Below, one piece after another: positions 9,593 through 18,840 of a stretch of DNA of 64,000 nt (within the stretch, counting starts at the first letter, position 1; every line of letters starts with the position of its first letter). The notes beneath the pieces are model-generated. The model was not told the origin of the DNA and ran no database searches. It saw only the letters and a program-made list of their open reading frames with translations. Made by a program: the position numbers and the translations under genes. The stretch is from Nitrospinales bacterium (GTDB lineage Bacteria > Nitrospinota > Nitrospinia > Nitrospinales > VA-1), in the NCBI GenBank assembly GCA_965223795.1, contig CBDCXL010000002.1, positions 1,280,001-1,344,000 of the forward strand, in the 5' to 3' direction.

Positions 9593-10350
9593 GATTTGGC
9601 GACCGCCTTTTTGAGGGTTTCGATTTCTTGTTGCGTGACCGGCCGGTAAATGGATTTTCGTTTTATTTCATGGCACAGCACCGCGGCTTCCAGGTTCCAG
9701 TTCTCGAACGCCTCGCGCACCGTCCGCGGCAGGCCGTCGCCGTCGTCCTGGGCGTCGATGCCGTTTTCGGCCTGCTTTTTCCCTTCCTCCCACAGCCGGC
9801 AGACTTCCGCGAGCGCCTGATCCAGCGTGAAGGTGGCAAACGGCGTTGCGGCGATTTTTTTGTCGATCCAGTCCATCACCTTGTCGTCACCGCAGAGGAC
9901 GCCGCCTTTGGCGAGGCGTTCCCAGTAGCCGTCGTAGTTCATGCGAAAGATCTGCGGCTTGCCTTCCACGTCCAGCTCCACCAGCATCAGCTGAATCAGG
10001 TAGGGCGCGCGCATGACCTCCTCGAAATTCTGTTTGAGCACCGGCGCGACGCCGAACTGCAGCATGCGGCTGACGGTCACGTCCTCGGCGGAGCGGTTGA
10101 ACCCTTCCAGATGCGCCATGTCGAGCAGCGTCATGCGCAGCTTTTCCACATCGGCGGGATGACCCAGTCCGCCCATGGCGATGCGGTCGTACAGCTCGAA
10201 GATCTTTCCCGGCTGCGGCGAAAACCCGAACAACAGCGCGCCTTCGTTGTAAGGCACCGCGAACACGGGCTGCCCCTTGCGCAGCTTCTCGCGCACATAG
10301 CTGTGGCGGGTGGAGATGGCCTCCATCCAGCGGAACGGTTCTTCAAACAT
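9589..10350 (-). CDS. prcA: 20S proteasome alpha subunit (bacterial type)
   Basis: KIFELYDRIAMGGLG..AD.E.LR, DVT, APY; lies between the beta subunit and the ligase. Confidence 0.85.
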   Translation of the reverse strand: MFEEPFRWMEAISTRHSYVREKLRKGQPVFAVPYNEGALLFGFSPQPGKIFELYDRIAMGGLGHPADVEKLRMTLLDMAHLEGFNRSAEDVTVSRMLQFGVAPVLKQNFEEVMRAPYLIQLMLVELDVEGKPQIFRMNYDGYWERLAKGGVLCGDDKVMDWIDKKIAATPFATFTLDQALAEVCRLWEEGKKQAENGIDAQDDGDGLPRTVREAFENWNLEAAVLCHEIKRKSIYRPVTQQEIETLKKAVAKS

Positions 10351-10396
10351 GCGGTTCTCTCTGTTGTGGGCGCTTTATGTCTCGCTCGCGCATGGT

Positions 10397-11191
10397 TCAG
10401 CCCCGGTGCATGCTTTTCGCATACAGGTCGGCCATGTCCTTCTCTTCGATGAAGCGGTAGCCGTTTTTGGTGATGACGGCGACGATGGGGAAGATGTTGT
10501 CCTCGGGCCGCGCCTTGCCGGTGGCCGAATCGAACTGACCGGCGGTCTGCAACAGGCGGATGGCGAGCGTCGCCGCCTGGGTCTCGCTGCGGCTGGCGAG
10601 CGGCTTCTCGCCCCACAGGTCCTCGTGTTCCAGAATGCCGCGGATCATGGGGGAGCCGGAACCCGTCGCCGTGTGCGTGAGGATCTTGAACTCCGCGCCC
10701 AAAAGGTCGTAAAAATAGATGAACGGCTTGTCCTTGCGGATGTCGTAGCTCGCAAAGATGGGGCTGACGGCGCCCAGTCCCTGGATCGCCATGCCCGCGT
10801 TTTCCTTGAGCAGCTTGGAGAGCGAGCGGATCTTGCCTTCGGTGCTCATCGGCTGCATCTGCGAGCGGCGGTAGTACTCGAAGTTGTGGGAGAGGATGCG
10901 CGCCATCTCGAACGCGGTCGCCGGCACGCCGGCGATGGCCATCAGCGAATAGTCGTCGATGGGGAGCACCTTGTCGCAGTGCTCGTACATGATGGCGTTG
11001 CCCGCCGTGGCGCGGCGGTCGCCCGCGACCAGGACGCCCTGATCGTAATGAAACGCCAGCACGGTGGTGCCCTGGGTCACGTTGAACTTGCCGTCCCCGG
11101 GCGCGGTGCTGCCGGGGGCGGGCAGACGGTATCCGGACTGTCTCAGGAGCTCGAAAAAATCGCCGGGGCTGGCATCGGCAGGGGCTGTCAT
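10397..11191 (-). CDS. prcB: 20S proteasome beta subunit with ~41-aa propeptide
   Basis: QG|TTVLAF catalytic Thr1, AGDRRATAGN, DKV, ATGSGS, DSATG. Confidence 0.92.
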   Translation of the reverse strand: MTAPADASPGDFFELLRQSGYRLPAPGSTAPGDGKFNVTQGTTVLAFHYDQGVLVAGDRRATAGNAIMYEHCDKVLPIDDYSLMAIAGVPATAFEMARILSHNFEYYRRSQMQPMSTEGKIRSLSKLLKENAGMAIQGLGAVSPIFASYDIRKDKPFIYFYDLLGAEFKILTHTATGSGSPMIRGILEHEDLWGEKPLASRSETQAATLAIRLLQTAGQFDSATGKARPEDNIFPIVAVITKNGYRFIEEKDMADLYAKSMHRG

Positions 11192-11364
11192 TGACCGGTG
11201 CGCTGCTTGTAACGTTCGGACTGCTTGGGGTCCACCTTCTTCATCCGCTTCAGCAGATCGTCCCGGCCGGGCCGCGACACATCCGGCCTGGAAGGGCCGC
11301 TGTCGTGCCGGTCGGGCGTGGATTCCTTCTTTTCTTCCCGTCTCAAGGGATCGTTCATATCCAT
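11188..11364 (-). CDS. ubact: Ubiquitin-like protein UBact (58 aa)
   Basis: MDMNDPLRREEKKES...DLLKRMKKVDPKQSERYKQRTGQ; C-terminal R[T/S]G[E/Q]; AAGGAG RBS; occupies the pup position between dop and prcB. Confidence 0.92.
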   Translation of the reverse strand: MDMNDPLRREEKKESTPDRHDSGPSRPDVSRPGRDDLLKRMKKVDPKQSERYKQRTGQ

Positions 11365-12833
11365 GCGAAACGCTCCTTGTTGGAGTTGAGAATCTTCTCG
11401 ACGTCGGCGGAGCTCACCACGGACGACAGATCCAGCTCCGTGCCGTCCGCAAACTCCACGCCCGTCCAGTGTATGCTCTTGATGTTGTCCCGTTCGTTCT
11501 CCACCATCAGCCCCCGCACCATGGCGCGGGTGCCCTCCGGCGGCTTGTGCACAGCCTGGTTCACCTCTTCCCCGGAAAACACCTCGTGCACCCTGCCCTG
11601 CTGCTGCAGCCCGCGGTACAGGCCGCGCTCCGGGTTGAGGTTGTGGTATTCCAGATCGCAGCTTTTGAGCCAGGGATCGTCCCAGGTCAGGTTTTCCTCC
11701 TGCATGAATTCGGTGAACAGCTTTTCCTTGATGGCCCAGTCGATGCGATCGGACAGCTTGTCCGGGCTGTGCCTGAATTCGTGTAACGTGCGCCGCCACT
11801 CGCTCAGGATCCATTCGGTCTCTTTGCAGTGGCCCTTGAAATTGGCTTCCGCGCATTCCAGATAGGCTTCCTGGATTTCGAGCGCGGTCACGGTGCGGCC
11901 CGACGCCTGTTCCAAAAGCACGTTGCGTTCGCGCGAGATGCGCCGCACATCGCCGACCGGATTCTTGAGCGTGAAGGGTGTCCGCCATTGTCCGCCGCCG
12001 ATCAAAGACAGCACCAGCCGCGTCGTGCCGATCTTGAGCAGCGTCGCGTAGGCGGAGAGATTCGCGTCGCCCAGGATCAGGTGCAGCCTGCGGAATTTCT
12101 CCGGGCTTGCGTGCGGCTCGTCGCGCGTGTTGATGATGGGCCTTTGCGTCATCGTTTCGATGCTCAGCACCGACTCGATGAAATCGGAACGCTGGCTGAG
12201 CTGCAGGCCGGAAAAGGTCTCGCCTTTTGTCTCGCAGCCGACCTTGCCTGCACCGGTAAAAAGCTGCCTTGTGATGAGAAACGGCACCAGCCCTTCGACC
12301 CAGACGTCGAAGTCGAGTTGTCTGGGGATCAGGTAATTGTCGTGGGTGCCGTAGCTGTGGCCGCTGTAATCGGTGTTGTTCTTGAAGATCTGCACCACGT
12401 CATCGCCCAGCTCGCGGTTTCTTAAGTCGGCGCAGTCCTGCACGATGCGCTCGCCGGCGAGATCGTGCGCCACCAGCTGGAACACGCTGTTGCACTCGGG
12501 CGTGGCGTATTCGGGATGCGTGTGGTCGTTGTAAAACCGCGCGCCGTTCGCCAGCACCCGGTCGCTCTTCATCTCCCAGTAGCTGTACGGCCGTTTCCTG
12601 TCCTGCTCGCAGAATTCGTCTTCCTCTTCGTCCTGGGCGAGCGAGCGCACGCGGAAGCCGCGCAGGTCGAGGTGGGAATTTTCCTGCCGGTAGTTCCAGG
12701 CGCGGAACACGCTCGGCATGTCACAGCCCGCCAGCAGGCGCATCGATTCCTCGACCGGGTCGGAGGACTCCACGTCCTCCCGGACGATGCCGAATTCGGT
12801 TTCAATCCCCATCAGGGGAACCCGCTCACTCAT
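11355..12833 (-). CDS. Dop-like deamidase/depupylase (Pup-ligase family)
   Basis: MGIETEFGI, LANGARFYNDHTHPEYATPEC, KNNTD..GHSYGTHDNYL, RPIINTRDEPHA, RRLHLILGDAN. Confidence 0.9.
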   Translation of the reverse strand: MSERVPLMGIETEFGIVREDVESSDPVEESMRLLAGCDMPSVFRAWNYRQENSHLDLRGFRVRSLAQDEEEDEFCEQDRKRPYSYWEMKSDRVLANGARFYNDHTHPEYATPECNSVFQLVAHDLAGERIVQDCADLRNRELGDDVVQIFKNNTDYSGHSYGTHDNYLIPRQLDFDVWVEGLVPFLITRQLFTGAGKVGCETKGETFSGLQLSQRSDFIESVLSIETMTQRPIINTRDEPHASPEKFRRLHLILGDANLSAYATLLKIGTTRLVLSLIGGGQWRTPFTLKNPVGDVRRISRERNVLLEQASGRTVTALEIQEAYLECAEANFKGHCKETEWILSEWRRTLHEFRHSPDKLSDRIDWAIKEKLFTEFMQEENLTWDDPWLKSCDLEYHNLNPERGLYRGLQQQGRVHEVFSGEEVNQAVHKPPEGTRAMVRGLMVENERDNIKSIHWTGVEFADGTELDLSSVVSSADVEKILNSNKERFAWI

Positions 12834-14446
12834 ATGATCGACCGTTTCAGGGTGGTGGCCGCGGCGTGATCGGACTCGCCGGGCTTGCGGACGCGCACCA
12901 CCTGGTGCGATTCCATATCGAGCAGCTGCAGCCAGTCTTCCATGTTGGACTCCGCGGGCAGCAGGCTGCTTTCGGTGAATTCGGTCTCAAGGCAGGTCAG
13001 CAGATCGTCCACGTAAACTTTGAGTTCTTCTCCCTTGATGGCGCGTTCGATGGCGCGCTCCTTGACGCGCTTGACGATGCCCTCGATGACGGCGCCGGAG
13101 ATGAAGTCCTTCCAGTACAGCTTTTTGTATTCGCCGTTTCTGAGCGTGAGCACGAGCACTTCCTGGTCGCGGCTCTGGGTGAACAGTTTGTCGAGAAACG
13201 GCTCGGCCATGGCGTCGAAATCGGCGTGCTCGAGCGGCAGATTTTCTTTCAGATACACTCGCAAGATGGCTTTGCTGCCGGCGCGGTCCGGGCGGCCCAC
13301 TTTGATCTTGCGGTCGATCCGGCCGGGACGCAGGATCGCGGGGTCGATCAGGTCGGGCCGGTTGGTGGCCAGGATGACGACGGTGTCGCGCAGCGAATCG
13401 ATGCCGTCCATCTCGGCGCAGAACATCGGCACCAGCGTGTTGGAGATGTTGAGGCCGCGGCTCGCCTGGCGGGTGCCGAGGACGGACTCCGCCTCGTCGA
13501 TGAAGATGAACGGCACCTGGCCTTTTTCCTTATAATCGCGCGCTTTCTTGAAGATCTCGCGGATCCGGCGCTCGGACTCGCCCAGCCACATGTTGAGGAT
13601 CTCCGGTCCCTTGACGTGGATGAACCGGCCTTCCAGCTTGGCGTCGTTCTTTTCGGAAAGTTTCTGGATCACCTCGGTGAGGATGGCCCTGCCGATCAGC
13701 GTTTTGCCGCAGCCCGGCGGCCCGTAGAACAAAAACCCCTTGGGCAGCTGGTACTCCATGCGGCTCAATATCTCCTGATGCAGGATGGGATACTCGATGA
13801 CCTTGTGCACCTCTTCGATCACGTGCTCCTGACCGCCCACATGCTTCCAGTCCACGGGAACGAAATCGTCTTCCACCAGGGTGCGCCCGGTTTTCTTGGG
13901 CAGGATTCCAAGGATGACTTTCTGATTGGAATCGAGGAACACGTCCTCGCCTTCCTTGAGCGTCGCGGGATCGAGGTCGTCATGATGCAGCACCATCGAT
14001 TCGGAGGTCGCGCCCGCGCCCTTCACCAGCCAGTGTCCGTCGGCCAGCCTGCCGGTGACGGTGGACACGGGACCCTGGCTCGGCAGCGGCAGCTTTTCGA
14101 TGGCGACGAAGCCCTCGTTGAGCGCCACCTGATCGCCGGTCTTGAGCGCCTCTTTTTCCAGGATCTCCGGCGAGACGGCGGCCTGATATTCGGTGCCGCC
14201 GACCACAAGCCGGTACAGGCCGTTTTCCCCTTTGCCCAGGACGGTGCCGATCCGGTGGGCGGGCGATTTCAGTTTCTGAACGGCTTCTTCCAGGGTCTTT
14301 ATTTTCAAGGAAAGCTGCTGGTTCATCTGCTGGGAATGGAACAGCGCATCCCTCAGATCGAACACTTTTTCCTGAAGATGCGGCAGAGTCGCGGTCTCCT
14401 CAAGGATCTGGTCGATGAGTTCGATGATATGGCTTTGATCTCCCAT
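12830..14446 (-). CDS. Proteasome-associated AAA+ ATPase (ARC/Mpa-like)
   Basis: N-terminal coiled coil and OB-like region; GPPGCGKT Walker A; VKGPEILNMWLGESER pore loop; FIDEAES Walker B; NRPDLIDPAILRPGRID. Confidence 0.92.
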   Translation of the reverse strand: MGDQSHIIELIDQILEETATLPHLQEKVFDLRDALFHSQQMNQQLSLKIKTLEEAVQKLKSPAHRIGTVLGKGENGLYRLVVGGTEYQAAVSPEILEKEALKTGDQVALNEGFVAIEKLPLPSQGPVSTVTGRLADGHWLVKGAGATSESMVLHHDDLDPATLKEGEDVFLDSNQKVILGILPKKTGRTLVEDDFVPVDWKHVGGQEHVIEEVHKVIEYPILHQEILSRMEYQLPKGFLFYGPPGCGKTLIGRAILTEVIQKLSEKNDAKLEGRFIHVKGPEILNMWLGESERRIREIFKKARDYKEKGQVPFIFIDEAESVLGTRQASRGLNISNTLVPMFCAEMDGIDSLRDTVVILATNRPDLIDPAILRPGRIDRKIKVGRPDRAGSKAILRVYLKENLPLEHADFDAMAEPFLDKLFTQSRDQEVLVLTLRNGEYKKLYWKDFISGAVIEGIVKRVKERAIERAIKGEELKVYVDDLLTCLETEFTESSLLPAESNMEDWLQLLDMESHQVVRVRKPGESDHAAATTLKRSII

Positions 14447-14476
14447 TCAATATCCTTTTTTTAAAGCGAATAAACA

Positions 14477-14506
14477 ATTGTATGTCTAATAAAAAATAAA
14501 GGTCAA
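14477..14506 (-). promoter_or_regulatory. Putative sigma70 promoter of the proteasome operon
   Basis: Minus strand TTGACC-N18-TACAAT in an AT-rich stretch about 30 bp upstream of the ATPase ATG. Confidence 0.5.
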
Positions 14507-14748
14507 GTGTATTTATAATGTATCGAATCACGGCTTCGATCGTGAAAACTTTTGGTTCGCGGAAACGGATTTTTACGAATTTCGTTCCCCGAATTTCGGG
14601 CGGCGGCCGGGACTGTGCGGATAAAACGGCTTGTCAGCCGGAAAAGAATCATGATAAATATTGAAATACTCCTTACGGACTCATTTGAGGACAGCGCTGT
14701 GTTGACGGATGCGGCGTTTTTCATGAATTTTCGGTCCTTAATCACCTC

Positions 14749-16083
14749 ATGAATTCCGCGGCGAACAAACCCTTCATCGACAAGTGCATCATCAGCTTCA
14801 GCCACGACCGCATTGAATCGCGCGATCTTGCGGACCGGATGAGCATTGAAAAGGCCGAACGGGAGATCGCCGCGGGGAAAAAAGGCATCAGCCATCTCAT
14901 CCTGCGAGCGATAAACGACGACATCGACCGGCTGAAGTTTCTGTTTCTCATCAACGGAATTCCGCTTTTGTGCTACGCGATGGGAAACCTGCTCGCCTCT
15001 TCTTTGAAGGAAATCGTGGTCATCGGCTCCGAGGAAGTGGAGCGGGTGCTCGACCGGTTTCTGGAAATGACGGGTTCGCTGGATAAAAAAGTCACCTTCG
15101 TGCGCGAGGATCCGGACAATCTCAGCCTTTCCAACACGCTGGCTCTGGGACGCAGCCGGCTGTCGCTCGACGCCGACGAGATGATCCTGTTTCAACCGGG
15201 GGATTTGCCGTTTCTGTACGATCTGGAGAAGGTATTGCGCGATGAGACGATCCGCGACCACAACCTGATCCTGTGGCTCAATTCCAAGCAGCAGATGTTT
15301 CCCGGCCACGTTGAGGATGAAAACAGCGAGTTCGTGCAGCGGAATTATCACTACCGCGGCATTTTCGAAAACCCCCTGGCGCTGCACGACATCAAGGAAC
15401 CGAATGTCTATCCGATCAATCTGACGCGGGTCGATCCCAACATCATCAATCGGCTGCACTCGATGCGCAAGGATGGAAAAATTTTCAACGCCGGTCTGAA
15501 ACAGGCGCTGGACCTGCCTGTGCGGCTGATCCGCATTTTGCCCGCGCTGTTCGATCACCTCAGGCATTTCCGCACGGACCTGAAACGCCTGCGGCCAAAC
15601 GATGTGTATCAGTTCGGCATGCACCAGAGGAATTTCAACCGCGCCGCTTCGATCCTTCTGGGCACGCCTTTGGCCACGAAACTGCACGGCGATCCCGCCT
15701 TCGTTTCCGATGTGGATGCGCTGGAGGACTGGCAGGATTTCGAGGGACTCACGCTGTATGCGCGCGAGCAGAACGGCGACGAGGGACTCGGCCGCATCCA
15801 TCCTTTCGGCGACGCGCTGACGCGTTTTAAAGAGGAGGCGATGCCCGGCCTCCAACGCGCGATTCCCATGTACGCGGATTTCCCCGCTTACATGAACCGC
15901 CTCCACCGCACGCTGCGCATGCCGCAGCCGGCGTACGACGCGCACGGGAATTTCGTCGCGCCGCCCGGTTCGGGCCCGCGCATGGCCAACGCCCACCGCT
16001 GGTACCTAAAGACCTGTGAGCGGCTCAAGGTGCGGCGGGAAGAACGCTGCTCCTCACCGGAAAGCGCCGGACCGGCCGTTTGA
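14749..16083 (+). CDS. Nucleotidyltransferase-like (NTP-transferase fold) hypothetical protein
   Basis: KFLFLINGIPLLCYAMGNLLASSLKEIVVIG, PGDLPF and DVD near the C-terminus resemble MobA/NTP-transferase motifs. Confidence 0.55.
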   Translation: MNSAANKPFIDKCIISFSHDRIESRDLADRMSIEKAEREIAAGKKGISHLILRAINDDIDRLKFLFLINGIPLLCYAMGNLLASSLKEIVVIGSEEVERVLDRFLEMTGSLDKKVTFVREDPDNLSLSNTLALGRSRLSLDADEMILFQPGDLPFLYDLEKVLRDETIRDHNLILWLNSKQQMFPGHVEDENSEFVQRNYHYRGIFENPLALHDIKEPNVYPINLTRVDPNIINRLHSMRKDGKIFNAGLKQALDLPVRLIRILPALFDHLRHFRTDLKRLRPNDVYQFGMHQRNFNRAASILLGTPLATKLHGDPAFVSDVDALEDWQDFEGLTLYAREQNGDEGLGRIHPFGDALTRFKEEAMPGLQRAIPMYADFPAYMNRLHRTLRMPQPAYDAHGNFVAPPGSGPRMANAHRWYLKTCERLKVRREERCSSPESAGPAV

Positions 16084-16232
16084 AAAACCCGCCGCTTCCG
16101 GCGCCCGCCACACATTTTACCCTTCTTACAAAGGTAATCCTGCCCTGTAAAAATGCGGGGATGCGGGCTTGCGTCCGCGCTGCTTAACAGGTAAAGTACT
16201 TTCACTTATAGGGTTACTAGGAGGAAAGCTCT

Positions 16233-17249
16233 ATGCCCTCTAAAGGGGTTTCCGTGATCGGTCAGATTTCAGGCGCGACGCAGGCGGTGGACCGGATGGG
16301 TCTGGAACGCAGCATGCTGACCCAGACCCGGCTGAATCACTTCATCCTGATTTCGCTGATCCTGCACCTGGCGGTGTTGATCATTCAGGAGTTGATGCCG
16401 AGCAGTCCCCTGGTTTCGGCCACCCGCCCGCCCATCAAGGTGACGTACGCGGAGCCCAAGAAAAAGGAGAGCGAGCTCAAACACGGGACCATCATCGACG
16501 CGCCCAAACCGGAAAAAATCGAAAAACCCAAAACCTCCGACCTGCTCGCCAGCCACGACAGCCGGGCGCACTCCAACCGCAAAAAAACCGAGATCAAAAA
16601 ATACCAGCGCAAGAAAACCGTGGTTCCCAAATCGGCCGGGGTGGACCGCCCGACGCAGAAAACCGAGGTTCCGCCGCAGAAGAGCGCTTCGCAGTCGAAA
16701 TCGACGCAGAAGAAAGAGACAAACCGCATGGCGCTGCCGCTTTCCGACCGCGGCCGGTTCGCTGCGGTGTCCAAGGACCAGCAGCAGGACAATGCGCAGT
16801 CGAGCCTCAGATCCGGCTCCAAGGGATCGCTCTCGCTGCTGGACGGATTCGACCCGGACAAATACGCCGCGCTGGACACGAACACGGAGCATCTGGAAGA
16901 CGCGGACGACGACGAAACGGTTTCGCTCGACACGACCGAGACGAAGTACGCGTCCTACTTCGCCCGTATCAAGCATCAGATCGAGCGGGTGTGGACGTAT
17001 CCCATCGAGGCGGCGCAGCGGGGCATCAGCGGGCAGATCACGCTGCGCTTCCGTATTTCCAAGGACGGCAACCTGCTCGGCGTCTGGCTGGTGGATAAAT
17101 CGGGGCATGAGATTCTGGATTTCGCCGCCCTCAAAGCGGTGAAGGAAGCGGCGCCGTTCTACCCGTTTCCGCTGAACATCCAGAAAGAGCGGCTGTCGAT
17201 TCTGGCGACGTTCATCTACAGTCCCACTTACGGACTGTTGAACCAGTGA
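16233..17249 (+). CDS. TonB-family energy transducer
   Basis: SLILH TM anchor, Lys/Pro-rich linker, C-terminal WTYPIEAAQRGISG..FRISKDG..SG..ILDFAALKAV..AAPFYPFP; start codon uncertain. Confidence 0.85.
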   Translation: MPSKGVSVIGQISGATQAVDRMGLERSMLTQTRLNHFILISLILHLAVLIIQELMPSSPLVSATRPPIKVTYAEPKKKESELKHGTIIDAPKPEKIEKPKTSDLLASHDSRAHSNRKKTEIKKYQRKKTVVPKSAGVDRPTQKTEVPPQKSASQSKSTQKKETNRMALPLSDRGRFAAVSKDQQQDNAQSSLRSGSKGSLSLLDGFDPDKYAALDTNTEHLEDADDDETVSLDTTETKYASYFARIKHQIERVWTYPIEAAQRGISGQITLRFRISKDGNLLGVWLVDKSGHEILDFAALKAVKEAAPFYPFPLNIQKERLSILATFIYSPTYGLLNQ

Positions 17250-17429
17250 GCGTCTTGATGTTTCCGGCGGCAATGAGTCCACGCACCGCGGTTCGCTTCG
17301 CCCCCTTTAAACGGGCGGCGCGCACGGTAAAACCTCTGAAAATCCGATTCCTTTATTTCAGGCAGCATCTTGATCGCAGGGGACCGCGTGCGGTCCGAAC
17401 GCATTGCTAGAGGCGCCGCACCGATTCTG

Positions 17430-18686
17430 ATGAGTTTCACCCAGCTTGCCGTCATCTACCTCAGACCGCCCCCTTCGGGATTCCGGCTGTTGTTCGAAAA
17501 AGACATCGCCGGCCTGCCGCTGATCAAACGCCTGGTCCTCACCCTGGGCCGGGCGGGTATCGACGAGGTGCTGCTCATCGCCAAGGGACTGGAACCGGAC
17601 GCGCTCAAGGGGCTGGTGCTGGATCTCAGGGAGGATGCCCGGTTTCGCGGCAATGTCACGGGCTGCGACCACGGCGAGCTGCTTCAAAAAGGCCTCGATT
17701 CGGTCCCGCTGCTGGCGAACGAACCGGGGTTTTTGCTGGTGGAGGGAAACGTGGTGACCACGGCCCCTTCGGTGAAACTTTTTTTACGCCAATCCTACCT
17801 GGAAAACCCGACCGATCCGGCGCCGGTGTACGCCACGCCGCACAACCCCGATACCGAAGCCCGCCTGCATCTGATCGCGCCCGGCCGCCTCGACATTCTG
17901 GAACGCATTCTCAAGGGAGAGGTCATCGACGAACCGGTGGAGTCGGTGCTGTGGGACGAGGACGACGAGCGTTTTTATCTCACCGCGGTGGACAACCTCG
18001 AATCCGCGCAGGCGGCGGAAGCGGGACTGCTCCGGCAGAACCGGCTTGGCTACACGCAGCTTCTGGACCGCTGGGTCAATGCCCGGTTTTCGACCCGGAT
18101 CAGTTCCCGGCTGATCAAGACGCCGCTGACCCCCAACCAGATCACGCTGCTGGGGCTTTTGATCGGGCTGTGCGCGGGGTGGTTCTTCTCCTGGGGAAAT
18201 TACCTGGGCGGGCTTTTGGGCGGGATACTGATGGCCGGCACCGCCGTCTGGGACTGCTGCGACGGCGACGTGGCGCGGCTCAAATTCATGGAGTCGGATT
18301 TCGGCGAATCGCTGGACACGTTCTGCGACAATCTCATCAACGTGTTCGCTTTCACCGGGATGATGATCGGCATGGCCCGCACCGAAGGGTTCGCGCAGGC
18401 GATGATTCCGTTCGGGCTGCTTGCGGCCGGCGGTGTGTCCATCTTCGCGATGATCTACGCCACCCCGCAAGGCAAGGGCGCGCTGTTTGCCGGAACGGCG
18501 CTGGCGCCGGTGATCGAGCTGCTGGCGAGCCGGAATTTCATCTACGTGGTTCTCATATTCGCCCTTTTCGGGCGCATCGATGCGTTCCTCTGGATGGCCG
18601 GATTGGGGTCGGTGCTGTTCGCTTTGGTGCTGTATTTCTTCAAACGGAAAATCCACCGCCGCCCTCCTGAAACCCCTCCGGCGTGA
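17430..18686 (+). CDS. CDP-alcohol phosphotransferase with N-terminal NTP-transferase-like domain
   Basis: TPNQIT; DCCDGDVARLKFMESDFGESLDTFCD; N-terminal IAGLPLIKRLV. Confidence 0.85.
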   Translation: MSFTQLAVIYLRPPPSGFRLLFEKDIAGLPLIKRLVLTLGRAGIDEVLLIAKGLEPDALKGLVLDLREDARFRGNVTGCDHGELLQKGLDSVPLLANEPGFLLVEGNVVTTAPSVKLFLRQSYLENPTDPAPVYATPHNPDTEARLHLIAPGRLDILERILKGEVIDEPVESVLWDEDDERFYLTAVDNLESAQAAEAGLLRQNRLGYTQLLDRWVNARFSTRISSRLIKTPLTPNQITLLGLLIGLCAGWFFSWGNYLGGLLGGILMAGTAVWDCCDGDVARLKFMESDFGESLDTFCDNLINVFAFTGMMIGMARTEGFAQAMIPFGLLAAGGVSIFAMIYATPQGKGALFAGTALAPVIELLASRNFIYVVLIFALFGRIDAFLWMAGLGSVLFALVLYFFKRKIHRRPPETPPA

Positions 18687-18840
18687 AACCCCGATTTTGG
18701 GGATGCCGATAATTCACGATCTATCAACCGGATTGCCCCATCGAGGCGCTTTCCGCCCCTGCCAAATAGCCCTTACCTATTGATTTTTTTGGGTTTTTTG
18801 CTATTCTTAGTGGTTATAGGCCCTTATTGAATTCGGATCT

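Noticed and set aside
11188..11364. Actinobacterial Pup
   Set aside because: It ends RTGQ rather than GG[E/Q] and lacks Pup's conserved C-terminal sequence.
11188..11988. 266-aa ORF
   Set aside because: It overlaps the Dop-like gene out of frame; only the last 58 codons (UBact, with an RBS) are credible.
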